A stretch of 64,000 nucleotides of DNA, taken from contig NZ_CALIMW010000057.1 of NCBI RefSeq assembly GCF_938045405.1, positions 2,312-66,311 of the forward strand, given 5' to 3'. Positions 37,050 to 46,437 of the stretch are shown here, one piece after another (position 1 is the stretch's first letter; each line of letters opens with the position of its first letter). The notes below the pieces were generated by a model. It searched no databases, was not told where the DNA came from, and saw only the letters and a list, made by a program, of their open reading frames with translations. Source of the DNA: an uncultured Campylobacter sp. Lineage in GTDB: Bacteria; Campylobacterota; Campylobacteria; Campylobacterales; Campylobacteraceae. Both the position numbers and the translations under genes were made by a program.

Positions 37050-37739
37050 ATGTCGCAAAGTATAGTCGAGTTTGCTACGATAATCCTTTATGTTACGATA
37101 GGCTTTTGCCTTCTTGTTTCATTGCTTCAGACAAACAGATCGTATAAAACCGTCTATCGCGGGACATTATTTATCCCAACCGATCCGCTTTTAAAAATAC
37201 CTATGTTTATAATATGCCTAAGCTTCGGTGTAGTCACTCTATCCAGCCCGCACGTAGCAAAACATAACGGCAATCCCATACCCTGCTTTTACACCCATGA
37301 TAAAGTTTGCTCGCAAGAGTATAAAGCGGCGGGCATAAATTTAAGATGCTTCGAAGAAGGCGATCCCAGATGTGTGGATGGATATCTGCAAATAAGCGAG
37401 CCTAGACTAATACTCGGCAAAATCATATCTGTCTGCGCCATAATTTTTTCCTTTATCGTGCTAATTCAAAAAGGAATCAGAATAGATAAAAGCGGCATCT
37501 GCAAAGAATGGGAGGTTCTGCCGTTTAGGCATACGGAAAAGATATACTTTGATGAGATGAACTACGCCACATGGTTTATAAGAGGCGTAAAAATAATCAG
37601 CATACGAGGCAAAATTAGCGGCGTTAAATTCGGAGCGGGATTTTTATATGCACGAAGAGATATAGATTTTTTGCAAAATTTTATATTAGAAAAGCTAGCT
37701 GAAATTTCAAAAGCCGAAGCAGCCGAGCGAAACACTTGA
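37050..37739 (+). CDS. membrane protein, hypothetical (tandem paralogue A; possible C-terminal bacterial PH-like domain)
   Basis: 229 aa. Three hydrophobic helices, a Cys-containing periplasmic segment (CFYTHDKVC...CFEEGDPRC), and a C-terminal EWEVLPFRHTEKIYFDE segment. Paralogous to the next ORF. Confidence 0.5.
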   Translation: MSQSIVEFATIILYVTIGFCLLVSLLQTNRSYKTVYRGTLFIPTDPLLKIPMFIICLSFGVVTLSSPHVAKHNGNPIPCFYTHDKVCSQEYKAAGINLRCFEEGDPRCVDGYLQISEPRLILGKIISVCAIIFSFIVLIQKGIRIDKSGICKEWEVLPFRHTEKIYFDEMNYATWFIRGVKIISIRGKISGVKFGAGFLYARRDIDFLQNFILEKLAEISKAEAAERNT

Positions 37740-37781
37740 GCTTAATTTAACGCTAAAAATATCTAAATTTAAGGCGGCGGC

Positions 37782-38408
37782 ATGATATTTTTATATTTGA
37801 TATTCGGCATAAATCTTTTACTGTTTGGGCTTGCTATTTTAAAAAGCATGGTTTTTAAAAGCAAAGCCTCTTATAAAACCGTGCAAAAGGGCGCCTGGCT
37901 CATACCTCCTAGCCCCATAGCAAAAACTATGCTTATCGTGCTATTTTTATCCTGGGGTTCGTTGGTGGCGTTTGATGAGCCTTGGATAAAAACAACAAGA
38001 GGCGGAGGTAAAGTTGCATGCTTTGATGCAAACGACCCTTTATGCGTAGGCGGGTATATGCAAAGAGGCGGCGGCGAGACCGCACTCGTGATCGTAATGG
38101 GTCTTGCAATGATGTTAATTGCCATACTGCCGTTATCCGAAAAGGGCGTCATCATAGATAGCCGCACCGCAAGGAAAGAGTGGAGATTTTTATCGTTTAA
38201 ATTTAGCACAAAGATCGATATAGAAAACGCCCTTACGGAGAAAGGGATGAGGGGCGAGATGCCGATTTTGATAGTAGAAGACGGGCAAAGCGGAAAAAAT
38301 TTCACGCTCTCATTCCCATACGCACAGCAAGATATAAAATTTATTGAAGCAGAGATAAGAAAGAGGCGCTATAAGATGATAAAATCAAAAGAGGCAAGAG
38401 TCCCTTAA
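37782..38408 (+). CDS. membrane protein, hypothetical (tandem paralogue B)
   Basis: 208 aa. Same architecture as 37050..37739: SYKTVQKG vs SYKTVYRG, CFDANDPLC vs CFYTHDKVC, EWRFLSFKFSTKIDIE vs EWEVLPFRHTEKIYFDE. Confidence 0.5.
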   Translation: MIFLYLIFGINLLLFGLAILKSMVFKSKASYKTVQKGAWLIPPSPIAKTMLIVLFLSWGSLVAFDEPWIKTTRGGGKVACFDANDPLCVGGYMQRGGGETALVIVMGLAMMLIAILPLSEKGVIIDSRTARKEWRFLSFKFSTKIDIENALTEKGMRGEMPILIVEDGQSGKNFTLSFPYAQQDIKFIEAEIRKRRYKMIKSKEARVP

Positions 38409-38540
38409 ATCCGCGCTCAAAAAAACTATAAGCTTAAAAGGCGCGAATGAGCGCACAAACATAGAAATTCTAAAAAAAGACAAAGAGGGCGCGGGCGATT
38501 AAATTTTAAATTTAGCCACGCGCGAGCAATAGCTGTGAAA

Positions 38541-38633
38541 ATTTATGACAAGTTGCGGCGAAGAGACGTAATGATCACGAGCAGTAGCTGCATTTATGAC
38601 AAGCCGTAGCAAAGCGATGTAATGTTCGCGCGG
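38541..38633. repeat. two tandem copies of a ~51-bp direct repeat (atttatgacaagYYG...gacgtaatg...)
   Basis: Copy 1 at 38541-38591 and copy 2 at 38592-38633. The first ~33 nt are well conserved. Confidence 0.8.
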
Positions 38634-38635
38634 CC

Positions 38636-38679
38636 AAGCCCAACGCAAGCCCAACGCAAGCCCAACGCAAGCCCAAAAA
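38636..38679. repeat. 11-bp tandem repeat caagcccaacg, about 3.6 copies
   Basis: The sequence ccaagcccaacgcaagcccaacgcaagcccaacgcaagcccaaaaaag is directly visible. Confidence 0.9.
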
Positions 38680-38806
38680 AGATGAGCCGAACGCTTAAAA
38701 TTTAACTCGCGATTTTAAAATCCGAAATTCTAAATCGCTCCGCCTAAATTTAGCTTATTTTTTACATAAAATTCGTAAAATTACAATTTTTAATTTACAA
38801 AAAAGG

Positions 38807-39706
38807 ATGCAGATGAATAAAAGTTTGGAATTCAGAGCCGACATCGGAATGCTATTCGTTGCGATCGCTTTTGGGCTCGGGTATCTGCCCACCTCGCAGG
38901 CGCTTGCGAGCAACAACGTCTTCGTGCTGCTATTTTGGCGCTTTTTCGCCGCGAGCATCATCGCAGGCGCGATATTTTTCCCAAAGCTCAAAGCCATAAC
39001 TTTGCGCGAGATCAAGCACGGCGCGGTGCTTAGCCTGTTTTTATTTGCGGGCTTTACGTCGCAGACCTTTGCCTTTAAATTTGCGCAAAGCTCCTCCGTG
39101 GCGTTCATCATCGGCCTAAACGTCGCGCTCGTACCCTTCATCGCCGCGGCGCTGTTTAGGCACAAAATTTACTCCTACGCCTACGCGGGCATCGCGCTTG
39201 CGATCGCTGGGCTCTACCTCATCGGCGACACGCAGCTAGGCCTGGGCAAGGGTGAAGCGCTGGCGCTAGTCTGCGCGTGCGCGTATTCGTTTCACATCGT
39301 GCTGACCAACCGCTTCGTGCAAAGCTGCGACGTAGCGGGCATCGCCTACGTACAGATCCTCTGCCTAAGCGCGCTTTGCTGCTTCGCGGCGATCTTTTTT
39401 GAAAGAGTCAGCATCGTGCCGGTGATGGATAAAAGCTTTTTCGTCGCGATGGCGGTGATCTGCCTGCTGGGAACGGTTTTTGGCTTTTTTGCGCAGGCCT
39501 TGATGCAAAAATACACGACGCCCGTCAAAACCGCTCTGTTTTTCACGCTCGAGCCCGTAACGGCGGGCATCATGGGCGTATTCGTGGGCGGCGAGAGGCT
39601 AAGCGTGATGCAAATTTTAGGCGCGGCGCTCATCCTATCTGGCGTTTTAATAAGTGAGATTGGAAGCTACCTCAGCGCAAAACGGAGCAGATCCGCAGGC
39701 GCTTGA
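38807..39706 (+). CDS. EamA/DMT-superfamily transporter
   Basis: 299 aa with 10 predicted TM helices in two EamA-like halves. Confidence 0.8.
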   Translation: MQMNKSLEFRADIGMLFVAIAFGLGYLPTSQALASNNVFVLLFWRFFAASIIAGAIFFPKLKAITLREIKHGAVLSLFLFAGFTSQTFAFKFAQSSSVAFIIGLNVALVPFIAAALFRHKIYSYAYAGIALAIAGLYLIGDTQLGLGKGEALALVCACAYSFHIVLTNRFVQSCDVAGIAYVQILCLSALCCFAAIFFERVSIVPVMDKSFFVAMAVICLLGTVFGFFAQALMQKYTTPVKTALFFTLEPVTAGIMGVFVGGERLSVMQILGAALILSGVLISEIGSYLSAKRSRSAGA

Positions 39707-39714
39707 TTTCGCGG

Positions 39715-39920
39715 CGGCGCAAATTCCATGCCACGTGGAATTTTGCGTCATAAAATTCCGTACCACATAAAATTTACACGCGAAATTCCGTGCCGTATAA
39801 AATTCTACGCCTTTAAAATTCCACAGCGAAATTCTGCGCCATGCAGAATTCTATGTCACGCCGAACTTTGCGGTGCCGTGCGCAAGGATACGTTAAAATT
39901 TCGTATTAAATTTACCCAGC
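39715..39920. repeat. ~16-bp-periodic tandem array of (R)AAATTCYRYRCC units, about 10 copies, between eamA and the vWA gene
   Basis: The aatt cores fall at about 39722, 39739, 39754, 39771, 39785, 39800, 39817, 39830 and 39847, giving spacings of 13-17 bp. The array spans the spurious ORF 39728..39943. Confidence 0.8.
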
Positions 39921-40008
39921 AGAGGCGTGCGGCGAAGCTTTAGCAATAAAATTTCATTGCTTAAGCGATACAATAGTAAAATAATGAAATTTTAACAAAG
40001 GAGCCCCT

Positions 40009-40722
40009 ATGAAAAAAATCATCCTTCTTGTTGCCGCGCTTGCGGGCATATTGTTTGCCAAAAGCGTAGAGCTCGCCACGCCGCCCGATCATAAAGACGG
40101 CGTAAATCACCTGGAATTGGTGCTGATCCTAGATAAATCGGGCTCGATGAGCGGGCTTGAGAGCGATACGATCGGCGGATTTAACTCGATGATAGAAAAG
40201 GAGCGCAAAGAGGGGATCGACGCTAGCGTCACGACCGTGCTTTTCGATACGAAATTTAATGTCATCCATGATCGCACGCCGCTTAAGAAGGTCGAAAACC
40301 TAACGTCCAAAGAGTACTACGCCGGCGGCAATACCGCGCTACTAGATGCGATCGGCAGCACGATAGCGCGTATCGAGCGAGTACCCGACATCTATGCCAA
40401 AAACAATCGCGTGCTTTTCGTCATCATCACCGACGGGATGGAGAACTCAAGCCGCGAATACTCCAAAGCGCAGATTAAGAAGATGATTAGCGACAAGCAG
40501 GAAAAATACGACTGGGAGTTTATCTTTTTGGGCGCTAATATCGACGCCGCGAGTGAGGCGCAAAGCATCGGCATCAAAAGCGAAAATGCCCTAAAATACG
40601 AGAATTCCAAAGAGGGTGTAAGTAAAAATTTCGAAGCGGCAGCCGAGATATCCAAAGACGTAGCGACCGACAATAAAGCAAACTCAAAGTGGCGCGACAA
40701 GGTGCTTCAGGACAAAAAATAG
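40009..40722 (+). CDS. secreted von Willebrand factor type A (vWA) domain protein
   Basis: Signal peptide. MIDAS motif LILDKSGSMSG. Rossmann-like vWA fold features (FVIITDG). Confidence 0.75.
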   Translation: MKKIILLVAALAGILFAKSVELATPPDHKDGVNHLELVLILDKSGSMSGLESDTIGGFNSMIEKERKEGIDASVTTVLFDTKFNVIHDRTPLKKVENLTSKEYYAGGNTALLDAIGSTIARIERVPDIYAKNNRVLFVIITDGMENSSREYSKAQIKKMISDKQEKYDWEFIFLGANIDAASEAQSIGIKSENALKYENSKEGVSKNFEAAAEISKDVATDNKANSKWRDKVLQDKK

Positions 40723-41339
40723 AAAATCACAAAGAGAGGCGCACCAGAAATGAAGTATCGCTGCTAAACGAGCGGCGGTGTGAAAATAGGCGGCGATGTG
40801 CAGCGCGCGGCGCAAAACGAGCTTTAGCAAAAAACGCGGGCGACGGCACGGAAACAGAGACAACAGCGCAAAACGGCTAGTGCGTCGGATCGCTTGCCGA
40901 AAAATTTAACGCGAATATGCGCCGCAAGAAAAATAGACGCGCTAGGAATAAAACGGCGTGAAGCGGAGCTGAAAACTCCGTGAGCCTAGCGGTACGGCGC
41001 GCATATTGATTTTTACTCGGCGCATTTTAAAATTTTATTTTGACTTTTTCATGCGGCGCGCGGTATTGCTTTTGCCTGCGCTGCTTTGTGCGGCAAGGAA
41101 ACGCAAATCTACTCGCCAAATTCAGACGCTTCGCGAAGGGCACCGATTTACACGGCGCGCAAACTGCATTTCGCAGACGAAGCTAAATTTACGACGCGCA
41201 AATTCCGCTTTCGCAGGCGGCACGTAAATTTCGCCCTTTGCAAGTCGCGCTAAATTTTAAAATTTAGGCGCTACAAAACTAGCGCAGCTACCAAGCTCGG
41301 CTGAATTAAAATTTCGTAAATTTAAAGAGGAGGGAGCTT

Positions 41340-42446
41340 ATGAGGGTATCTGAGATCGACACACCGGCGCTGCTGATTGATCGCGAAATCGTGCTTCGCA
41401 ACCTGCAAAAGATGCAAAACTACGCAAACGCCGCGGGCGTGAGCCTGCGTCCGCACACCAAAACGCACAAAATGCCCTATTTCGCGAAGCTGCAAGAAAG
41501 TATCGGCGCTGTGGGCATCACGGTCGCCAAAACGGGCGAGGCCGAGATCATGGCGGCAAACGGGCTGAAAGATATATTTATCGCAAACGAGATCGTGGGC
41601 GAGCTAAAATTTCAGCGCATCATCGCGCTTTTGCGCGCGGGGATAAACTTAAGCTTCGGCGTCGACAGCATAGAGCAGGCGGGCCTGATAGAGCGCGCCT
41701 TTGAGCGCAGCGGCACGAAGGCCTGCGTGCTTGCCGAGATCGAAGTGGGCGAAAACCGCTCTGGCTTCGTAGAAAAGCAGGATTTCACGGCGTTTATAAA
41801 ATTTATAAAAGGCTGTAAAAATATCGAATTTCGCGGCGTGTTCTCCCACGACGGTCACTCCTACAAAGCCGCCGATAAGAGCGAATGCGAGCGCATCCAC
41901 CTAGCCGCGCAGCGCCGCACGCTGGAGTTTGCGGATATCGCGCGCGAGCTGGCTCTGCCCGCACGCGTCGTTAGTATCGGCTCGACGCCATCGCTCATCA
42001 ACGATTTTGAAATTTTAAAGGGCGTCACCGAGATCCGCCCGGGCACATATATCTTTATGGATGCCTCGCAGGCGCAGGCGTACGGCGATTATTCGATGAA
42101 CGCCGCGAGCATCCTTACGACCGTCATCAGCAGACCTACGGCGGATCGCATCATCACCGACGTCGGCGCCAAGGGGCTCACGCAGCAAAGGCGCACCGAG
42201 GGCTTTACGGCAACGCCCGGGCTCGGGCGCATAAAGGGTACGGAGGTGTGGGTAAATGGCGTTTACGACGAGCACGCGATCATCTACGACAGAGCGCTAC
42301 GAGACGCCGTGCGCGTGGGAGATCGGCTCGAAATTTATCCGAACCATATCTGCCCCGTCGTAAATTTACACGAGTTCGCCTACCTCGTTAGCGGCGGCGA
42401 GGTCGTAGAAAAGATCCCCGTGCTATGCAGAGGCAAGCTGCAATGA
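41340..42446 (+). CDS. PLP-dependent alanine-racemase-fold enzyme of the DSD1 / D-threonine aldolase / D-serine deaminase-like family
   Basis: 368 aa. N-terminus TPALLIDREIVLRNLQKM ... RPHTKTHK is the hallmark of the DSD1 family (PLP-binding Lys in HTKTHK). Confidence 0.7.
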   Translation: MRVSEIDTPALLIDREIVLRNLQKMQNYANAAGVSLRPHTKTHKMPYFAKLQESIGAVGITVAKTGEAEIMAANGLKDIFIANEIVGELKFQRIIALLRAGINLSFGVDSIEQAGLIERAFERSGTKACVLAEIEVGENRSGFVEKQDFTAFIKFIKGCKNIEFRGVFSHDGHSYKAADKSECERIHLAAQRRTLEFADIARELALPARVVSIGSTPSLINDFEILKGVTEIRPGTYIFMDASQAQAYGDYSMNAASILTTVISRPTADRIITDVGAKGLTQQRRTEGFTATPGLGRIKGTEVWVNGVYDEHAIIYDRALRDAVRVGDRLEIYPNHICPVVNLHEFAYLVSGGEVVEKIPVLCRGKLQ

Positions 42447-42589
42447 GCGGGTAAATTTTAAAGGTGCGGCGAGATAAAATTTAGCCTCTAATCTAGGGCG
42501 CGACCAAATTTAAGGCGCGAATTTATTGCCGCTCAGGCTGCGGCGCAAAGCGCGCCGAATTTGACGACGAAATTTAACGAAAGGTAAAA

Positions 42590-43030
42590 ATGAGGCTTTG
42601 GACGATAAGCTTTAAATATCTCGATGCAAAGGGGCTAGTCGCACTTTGGCGTGAGGCGCTGCTAGCCAAAAACGTGCTGGCTGGGCTTACTAAGGGCTAC
42701 AAAAATCACCCGCAGCTTGACCGCTTTTACGCGTATGAAAACGCGCTAGAGGCGATAAATGCGTATCTGGCGGAGGTTTATGCGCAGAGCTGCGCTCGCG
42801 GGTATAAATTTGATGCAGGAAAAGTTGGCGAATTTGACGAGCGAAATTTAGCCAAAATAGCCGTCACTCGCGGGCAGATAGAGTATGAATTCGCATTTTT
42901 GCAAGAGAAGCTAAAATCACGCGACATCAAGGCTTACGAGCGAAATTTAAGCGTAAAAAATATAGAAATTGCGAGCATTTTTAAAGAGGTCGAAGGCGAA
43001 ATCGAGCCGTGGGAAAAGGTGAAAATTTAG
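42590..43030 (+). CDS. pyrimidine dimer DNA glycosylase-like protein (Pyr_excise family)
   Basis: 146 aa. MRLWTISFKYLDAKGLVALWREALLAKNVL ... KGYKNHPQL matches my recollection of the family N-terminal consensus. Confidence 0.55.
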   Translation: MRLWTISFKYLDAKGLVALWREALLAKNVLAGLTKGYKNHPQLDRFYAYENALEAINAYLAEVYAQSCARGYKFDAGKVGEFDERNLAKIAVTRGQIEYEFAFLQEKLKSRDIKAYERNLSVKNIEIASIFKEVEGEIEPWEKVKI

Positions 43031-43463
43031 CGCCGTCGCGCTCTAGATTATTGGGCTTGCTTGAACAAATTTGATTAAAAACGCCAAAATACATTACGTC
43101 GATTTCCCCTTAAATTTTACGTAAAAATCTCAAATTTACGATTAGTGGCGATTTGCCAAAAAGGCAAGCAATTTTATCCGCTTTGGCGAGAAATTATGGG
43201 CAATTCGTCAAATTTTAAAAGACGAACCTAACGTCAAATTCGCCTCTATTTTTAAAAATAAAAGCCGATCCGCAAAATCCCGCGCTTAAAATTTACTCGC
43301 AAGCGAGCAAATTCAGCCAAATTTTGCAAATCGGTAACTCTACTCCACTCTCATCTTAGTACCTACGAATGCTAAGCTTAAATCGCGACTAGACCGGAGC
43401 TAAATTTAAACCCCAAGGCGAGCGCGCAAAAAAAATGGAGGCGCAAAGAATAAAATTTTAAAA

Positions 43464-45110
43464 TCACGCCAGTCCGCTTATGAGCCCCTCGCTCGTGATC
43501 CTCATATTTAGCGCGTTAGGAGCCTTCGGCAGCCCCGGCATAAGCATTATCTTGCCGCAAACGGCGACGATGAAGCCCGCTCCCGTGCGGATCTGAAGAT
43601 CTTTGACGCTGAGTTTAAAGCCGCGCGCCCGTCCGAGTGCCTTGGCATCGTCGCTGAAGCTATACTGCGTCTTTGCGATGCAGACGTTTAGCCGCTCAAG
43701 CCCCAAGGCCTTGATGTGCTGCAGCGCCTTTTGCGCCTCGGGCTCAAAAACGACCTCGCTCGCGCCGTAAATTTTAGTAGCGATCTTTTCGATCTTGCTC
43801 GCCGTATCGTCGCTAAGCTCGTAGGCGAATTTCAGCTCCTTAGCGCGCTCGCATTCATCTATGACGAGACGGGCTAGCTCAAGCGCGCCCTCGCCGCCTT
43901 TGGCGAAATTTTCGCAAATCGCCATCTGCACGCCGCGCTGCTTGCAATACTCGCGCACGAAAGCGATCTCCTCGTCGCTATCGAAGCTAAAGCGATTAAG
44001 CGCCACGACCGGATTTAGCCCGAAGTTTTGTAAAATTTCAATATGCCCGCCTAAATTTACGATGCCTTTTTGAAGCGCGGCAAGATCAGGGCTCGCGATA
44101 CTTTCTTTATCCGCGCCGCCGTTGTATTTAAGCGAGCGGATCGTGCTAACTAACACCGCGGCGTCCGGAGCGATACCCGCGCGGCGGCACTTGATGTCGA
44201 TAAATTTTTCAGCCCCGAGCTCGCTTCCAAAGCCCGCCTCCGTCACGGCGTAATCGGCAAGACTTAGAGCTAACTTGCTCGCCATTATTGAGTTGCAGCC
44301 GTGCGCGATATTTGCAAAGGGTCCTCCGTGCACGAGCGCGGGCGTATGCTCAAGGCTTTGGATGAGATTTGGCTTCATCGCGTCTTTTAGCAGGATCGCC
44401 ACGGCATCCGCGCAGCCCAGATCGCGCACGTATATAGGCTCTCCCTGCGTATCGTAGGCGACCATTATGTTTGCGATGTTTTGCTTAAGCTCGGCAAGAT
44501 CGTTTGAGAGGCACAGCACTGCCATTATCTCGCTAGCCGCGGTGATATTAAAGCCGTCCTCGCGCTGCACTCCGTCAGTGCGCCCGCCCTGTCCTACGGT
44601 GATGTGGCGCAGCGCGCGGTCGTTCATATCCATGCAGCGCTTCCATAAAATTTTCTCGATCTTTAGCGGGTTTTCTTGATACAGCGAGTTATCGATAACC
44701 GCCGAAATGAGATTATTCGCGGAGGTGATCGCGTGAAAATCGCCGTTGAAGTGCAAATTTAGATCATCCATCGGCACCAGCTGCGAATACCCGCCGCCGG
44801 CAGCCCCGCCTTTGATACCAAAAACCGGCCCCAGCGACGGCTCGCGCAGCGCAAGGCAGACGCTTTTGCCTAGACGCTTTAGCGCGTCGGCTAGACCGAT
44901 GGAGGTCGTCGTCTTGCCCTCGCCAAACGGCGTCGGATTGGTCGCCGTGACCAAAATAAGCTTCGAAGCGCGCGATCGCGGCTTGATGTTTAGCTTGGCT
45001 TTGTAGTGGCCGTACAGCTCGATCTCATCCTCGCTAAGCCCCAAATTTTTCGCAACGTTTGAAATTTTATCCGGCCTCGCCGCATTTGCTATTTCGATAT
45101 CGCTCAACAT
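43464..45110 (-). CDS. fhs: formate--tetrahydrofolate ligase
   Basis: 548 aa. PTPFGEGKTTTSIGL P-loop. Family-wide similarity. Confidence 0.95.
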   Translation of the reverse strand: MLSDIEIANAARPDKISNVAKNLGLSEDEIELYGHYKAKLNIKPRSRASKLILVTATNPTPFGEGKTTTSIGLADALKRLGKSVCLALREPSLGPVFGIKGGAAGGGYSQLVPMDDLNLHFNGDFHAITSANNLISAVIDNSLYQENPLKIEKILWKRCMDMNDRALRHITVGQGGRTDGVQREDGFNITAASEIMAVLCLSNDLAELKQNIANIMVAYDTQGEPIYVRDLGCADAVAILLKDAMKPNLIQSLEHTPALVHGGPFANIAHGCNSIMASKLALSLADYAVTEAGFGSELGAEKFIDIKCRRAGIAPDAAVLVSTIRSLKYNGGADKESIASPDLAALQKGIVNLGGHIEILQNFGLNPVVALNRFSFDSDEEIAFVREYCKQRGVQMAICENFAKGGEGALELARLVIDECERAKELKFAYELSDDTASKIEKIATKIYGASEVVFEPEAQKALQHIKALGLERLNVCIAKTQYSFSDDAKALGRARGFKLSVKDLQIRTGAGFIVAVCGKIMLMPGLPKAPNALNMRITSEGLISGLA

Positions 45111-45248
45111 TTTCTCTCCTTAAATTTAAAATTTTATCGCGCTGTATTTACGCACCGCCTCTTTAAATCCGCGCATTAGCCGCTGCTATGCGCACCTTGC
45201 CCACAAGCCGCGCAAAATCAAAGCTTGCAGGCGTGAAATTTGCCCCGG

Positions 45249-46025
45249 CTAAATTTCGATCTCGATGCCCACGGGGCAGTGGTCGCTGCCCATCACGTCG
45301 CTTAGGATGAAAGCGTCCTTTAGCCGCGAGCGCAAATTTGCCGAGATGAAAAAATAATCGATCCGCCAGCCTACGTTTTTGGCGCGCGCGTTAAAGCGGT
45401 AGCTCCACCACGAGTAGGCGTCCCGCAGCTCGCCGCGCACGGCACGGAAGGTATCGACGAAGCCCGCCGCCTCCACCTCATCGAGCCACGCCCGCTCGAT
45501 CGGCAAAAAGCCCGAGGTTTTGGAGTTTGCTTTTGGGTTTGCAAGATCGATCTCGCGGTGCGCGGTATTTACGTCGCCGCAAAATATCACTCCGAGCCCC
45601 TGCTCCGCGAGGCTGCGCGCGTAGGCTAGGAATTTCGCGCAAAATTCCATCTTGTAGGCTAGCCGCGCCTCGTCCTTTTGGCCGTTGGGAAAGTAGATAT
45701 TAAAAAGCACGACATCGCCGAAGCGGTGCTGCAGCACGCGCCCTTCGTCGTCTGGGAAAAACAGCGCCTTGCTCGTCTCGCTTTTAAATTTCGCTAGGCT
45801 CGCCACGCCCGAATAGCCCGCGCGAGCGGCGGAATTTAGATCTATCTGAGAAAATCCGAGCTCATAAAGCCCTTTCGGAGCGTCCTTTTCGCTCACCTTG
45901 ATCTCTTGCAAGCCCAAAAAATCGGGGTTTTGCTCCGCAAGCCACGCAAAGCCGTCTTTGCCGAGCACTGCGCGCAGTCCGTTTACATTCCAACTAATCA
46001 GTTTCAAATTTAGCCTTTGGCGCAA
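45249..46025 (-). CDS. xthA: exodeoxyribonuclease III
   Basis: 258 aa. KLISWNVNGLRA N-terminus and EEP-fold catalytic residues (DVMGSDHCPV). Confidence 0.9.
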   Translation of the reverse strand: MRQRLNLKLISWNVNGLRAVLGKDGFAWLAEQNPDFLGLQEIKVSEKDAPKGLYELGFSQIDLNSAARAGYSGVASLAKFKSETSKALFFPDDEGRVLQHRFGDVVLFNIYFPNGQKDEARLAYKMEFCAKFLAYARSLAEQGLGVIFCGDVNTAHREIDLANPKANSKTSGFLPIERAWLDEVEAAGFVDTFRAVRGELRDAYSWWSYRFNARAKNVGWRIDYFFISANLRSRLKDAFILSDVMGSDHCPVGIEIEI

Positions 46026-46074
46026 AAATTTTGGTATGATTATACGAAATTTTGACTAAATTTAAAGGAAAATT

Positions 46075-46437
46075 ATGCGCAATCAGCCCAAATACCGATT
46101 TTTTGCCAACTGGGGCTACGCGATGGCGGGTCTTGCCGAGATGCTGTGCAGCGAGCGTAGCTTTAGACTCGAGCTTTGCGTGTTCGTCCCGCTTCTGCTG
46201 TCGCTATTTTTTTGGAATTTCGGCGCGGTACTAAATCTATTTTTGATCTTCGGCGCGGTCTTTACGCTCACAACCGAGTGCATAAACTCCGCCATTGAGC
46301 GTGCGGTCGATCTTGCCACGAGCGAAATCCACCCGCTAGCCAAGGGCGCTAAAGATACCGCAAGCACGGCCGTGATGATGAGCCTATTTCTCAACGCCGC
46401 GCTGTGGGGATATGCGCTTATCGGTAAATTCTTTTAA
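46075..46437 (+). CDS. dgkA: diacylglycerol kinase
   Basis: 120 aa, three TM helices. ECINSAIERAVD matches the DgkA catalytic region. Confidence 0.8.
   Translation: MRNQPKYRFFANWGYAMAGLAEMLCSERSFRLELCVFVPLLLSLFFWNFGAVLNLFLIFGAVFTLTTECINSAIERAVDLATSEIHPLAKGAKDTASTAVMMSLFLNAALWGYALIGKFF

Noticed and set aside
39715-39920. Possible CRISPR array (also considered for 58690-58960)
   Set aside because: The units are 16-27 bp with no alternating conserved repeat and unique spacer structure. There are no cas genes or leader in the window. They are better explained as members of the RAAATTY repeat family.
39728-39943. 71-aa ORF (KIPxxIKF repeats) between eamA and the vWA gene
   Set aside because: It coincides exactly with the 16-bp tandem array, so the peptide periodicity is an artefact of translating the repeats.
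40689-41227. 63-aa and 73-aa ORFs in the vWA-to-DSD1 intergenic block
   Set aside because: They are Arg/Ala-rich with no start context. I treat the region as non-coding and report it as a finding instead.
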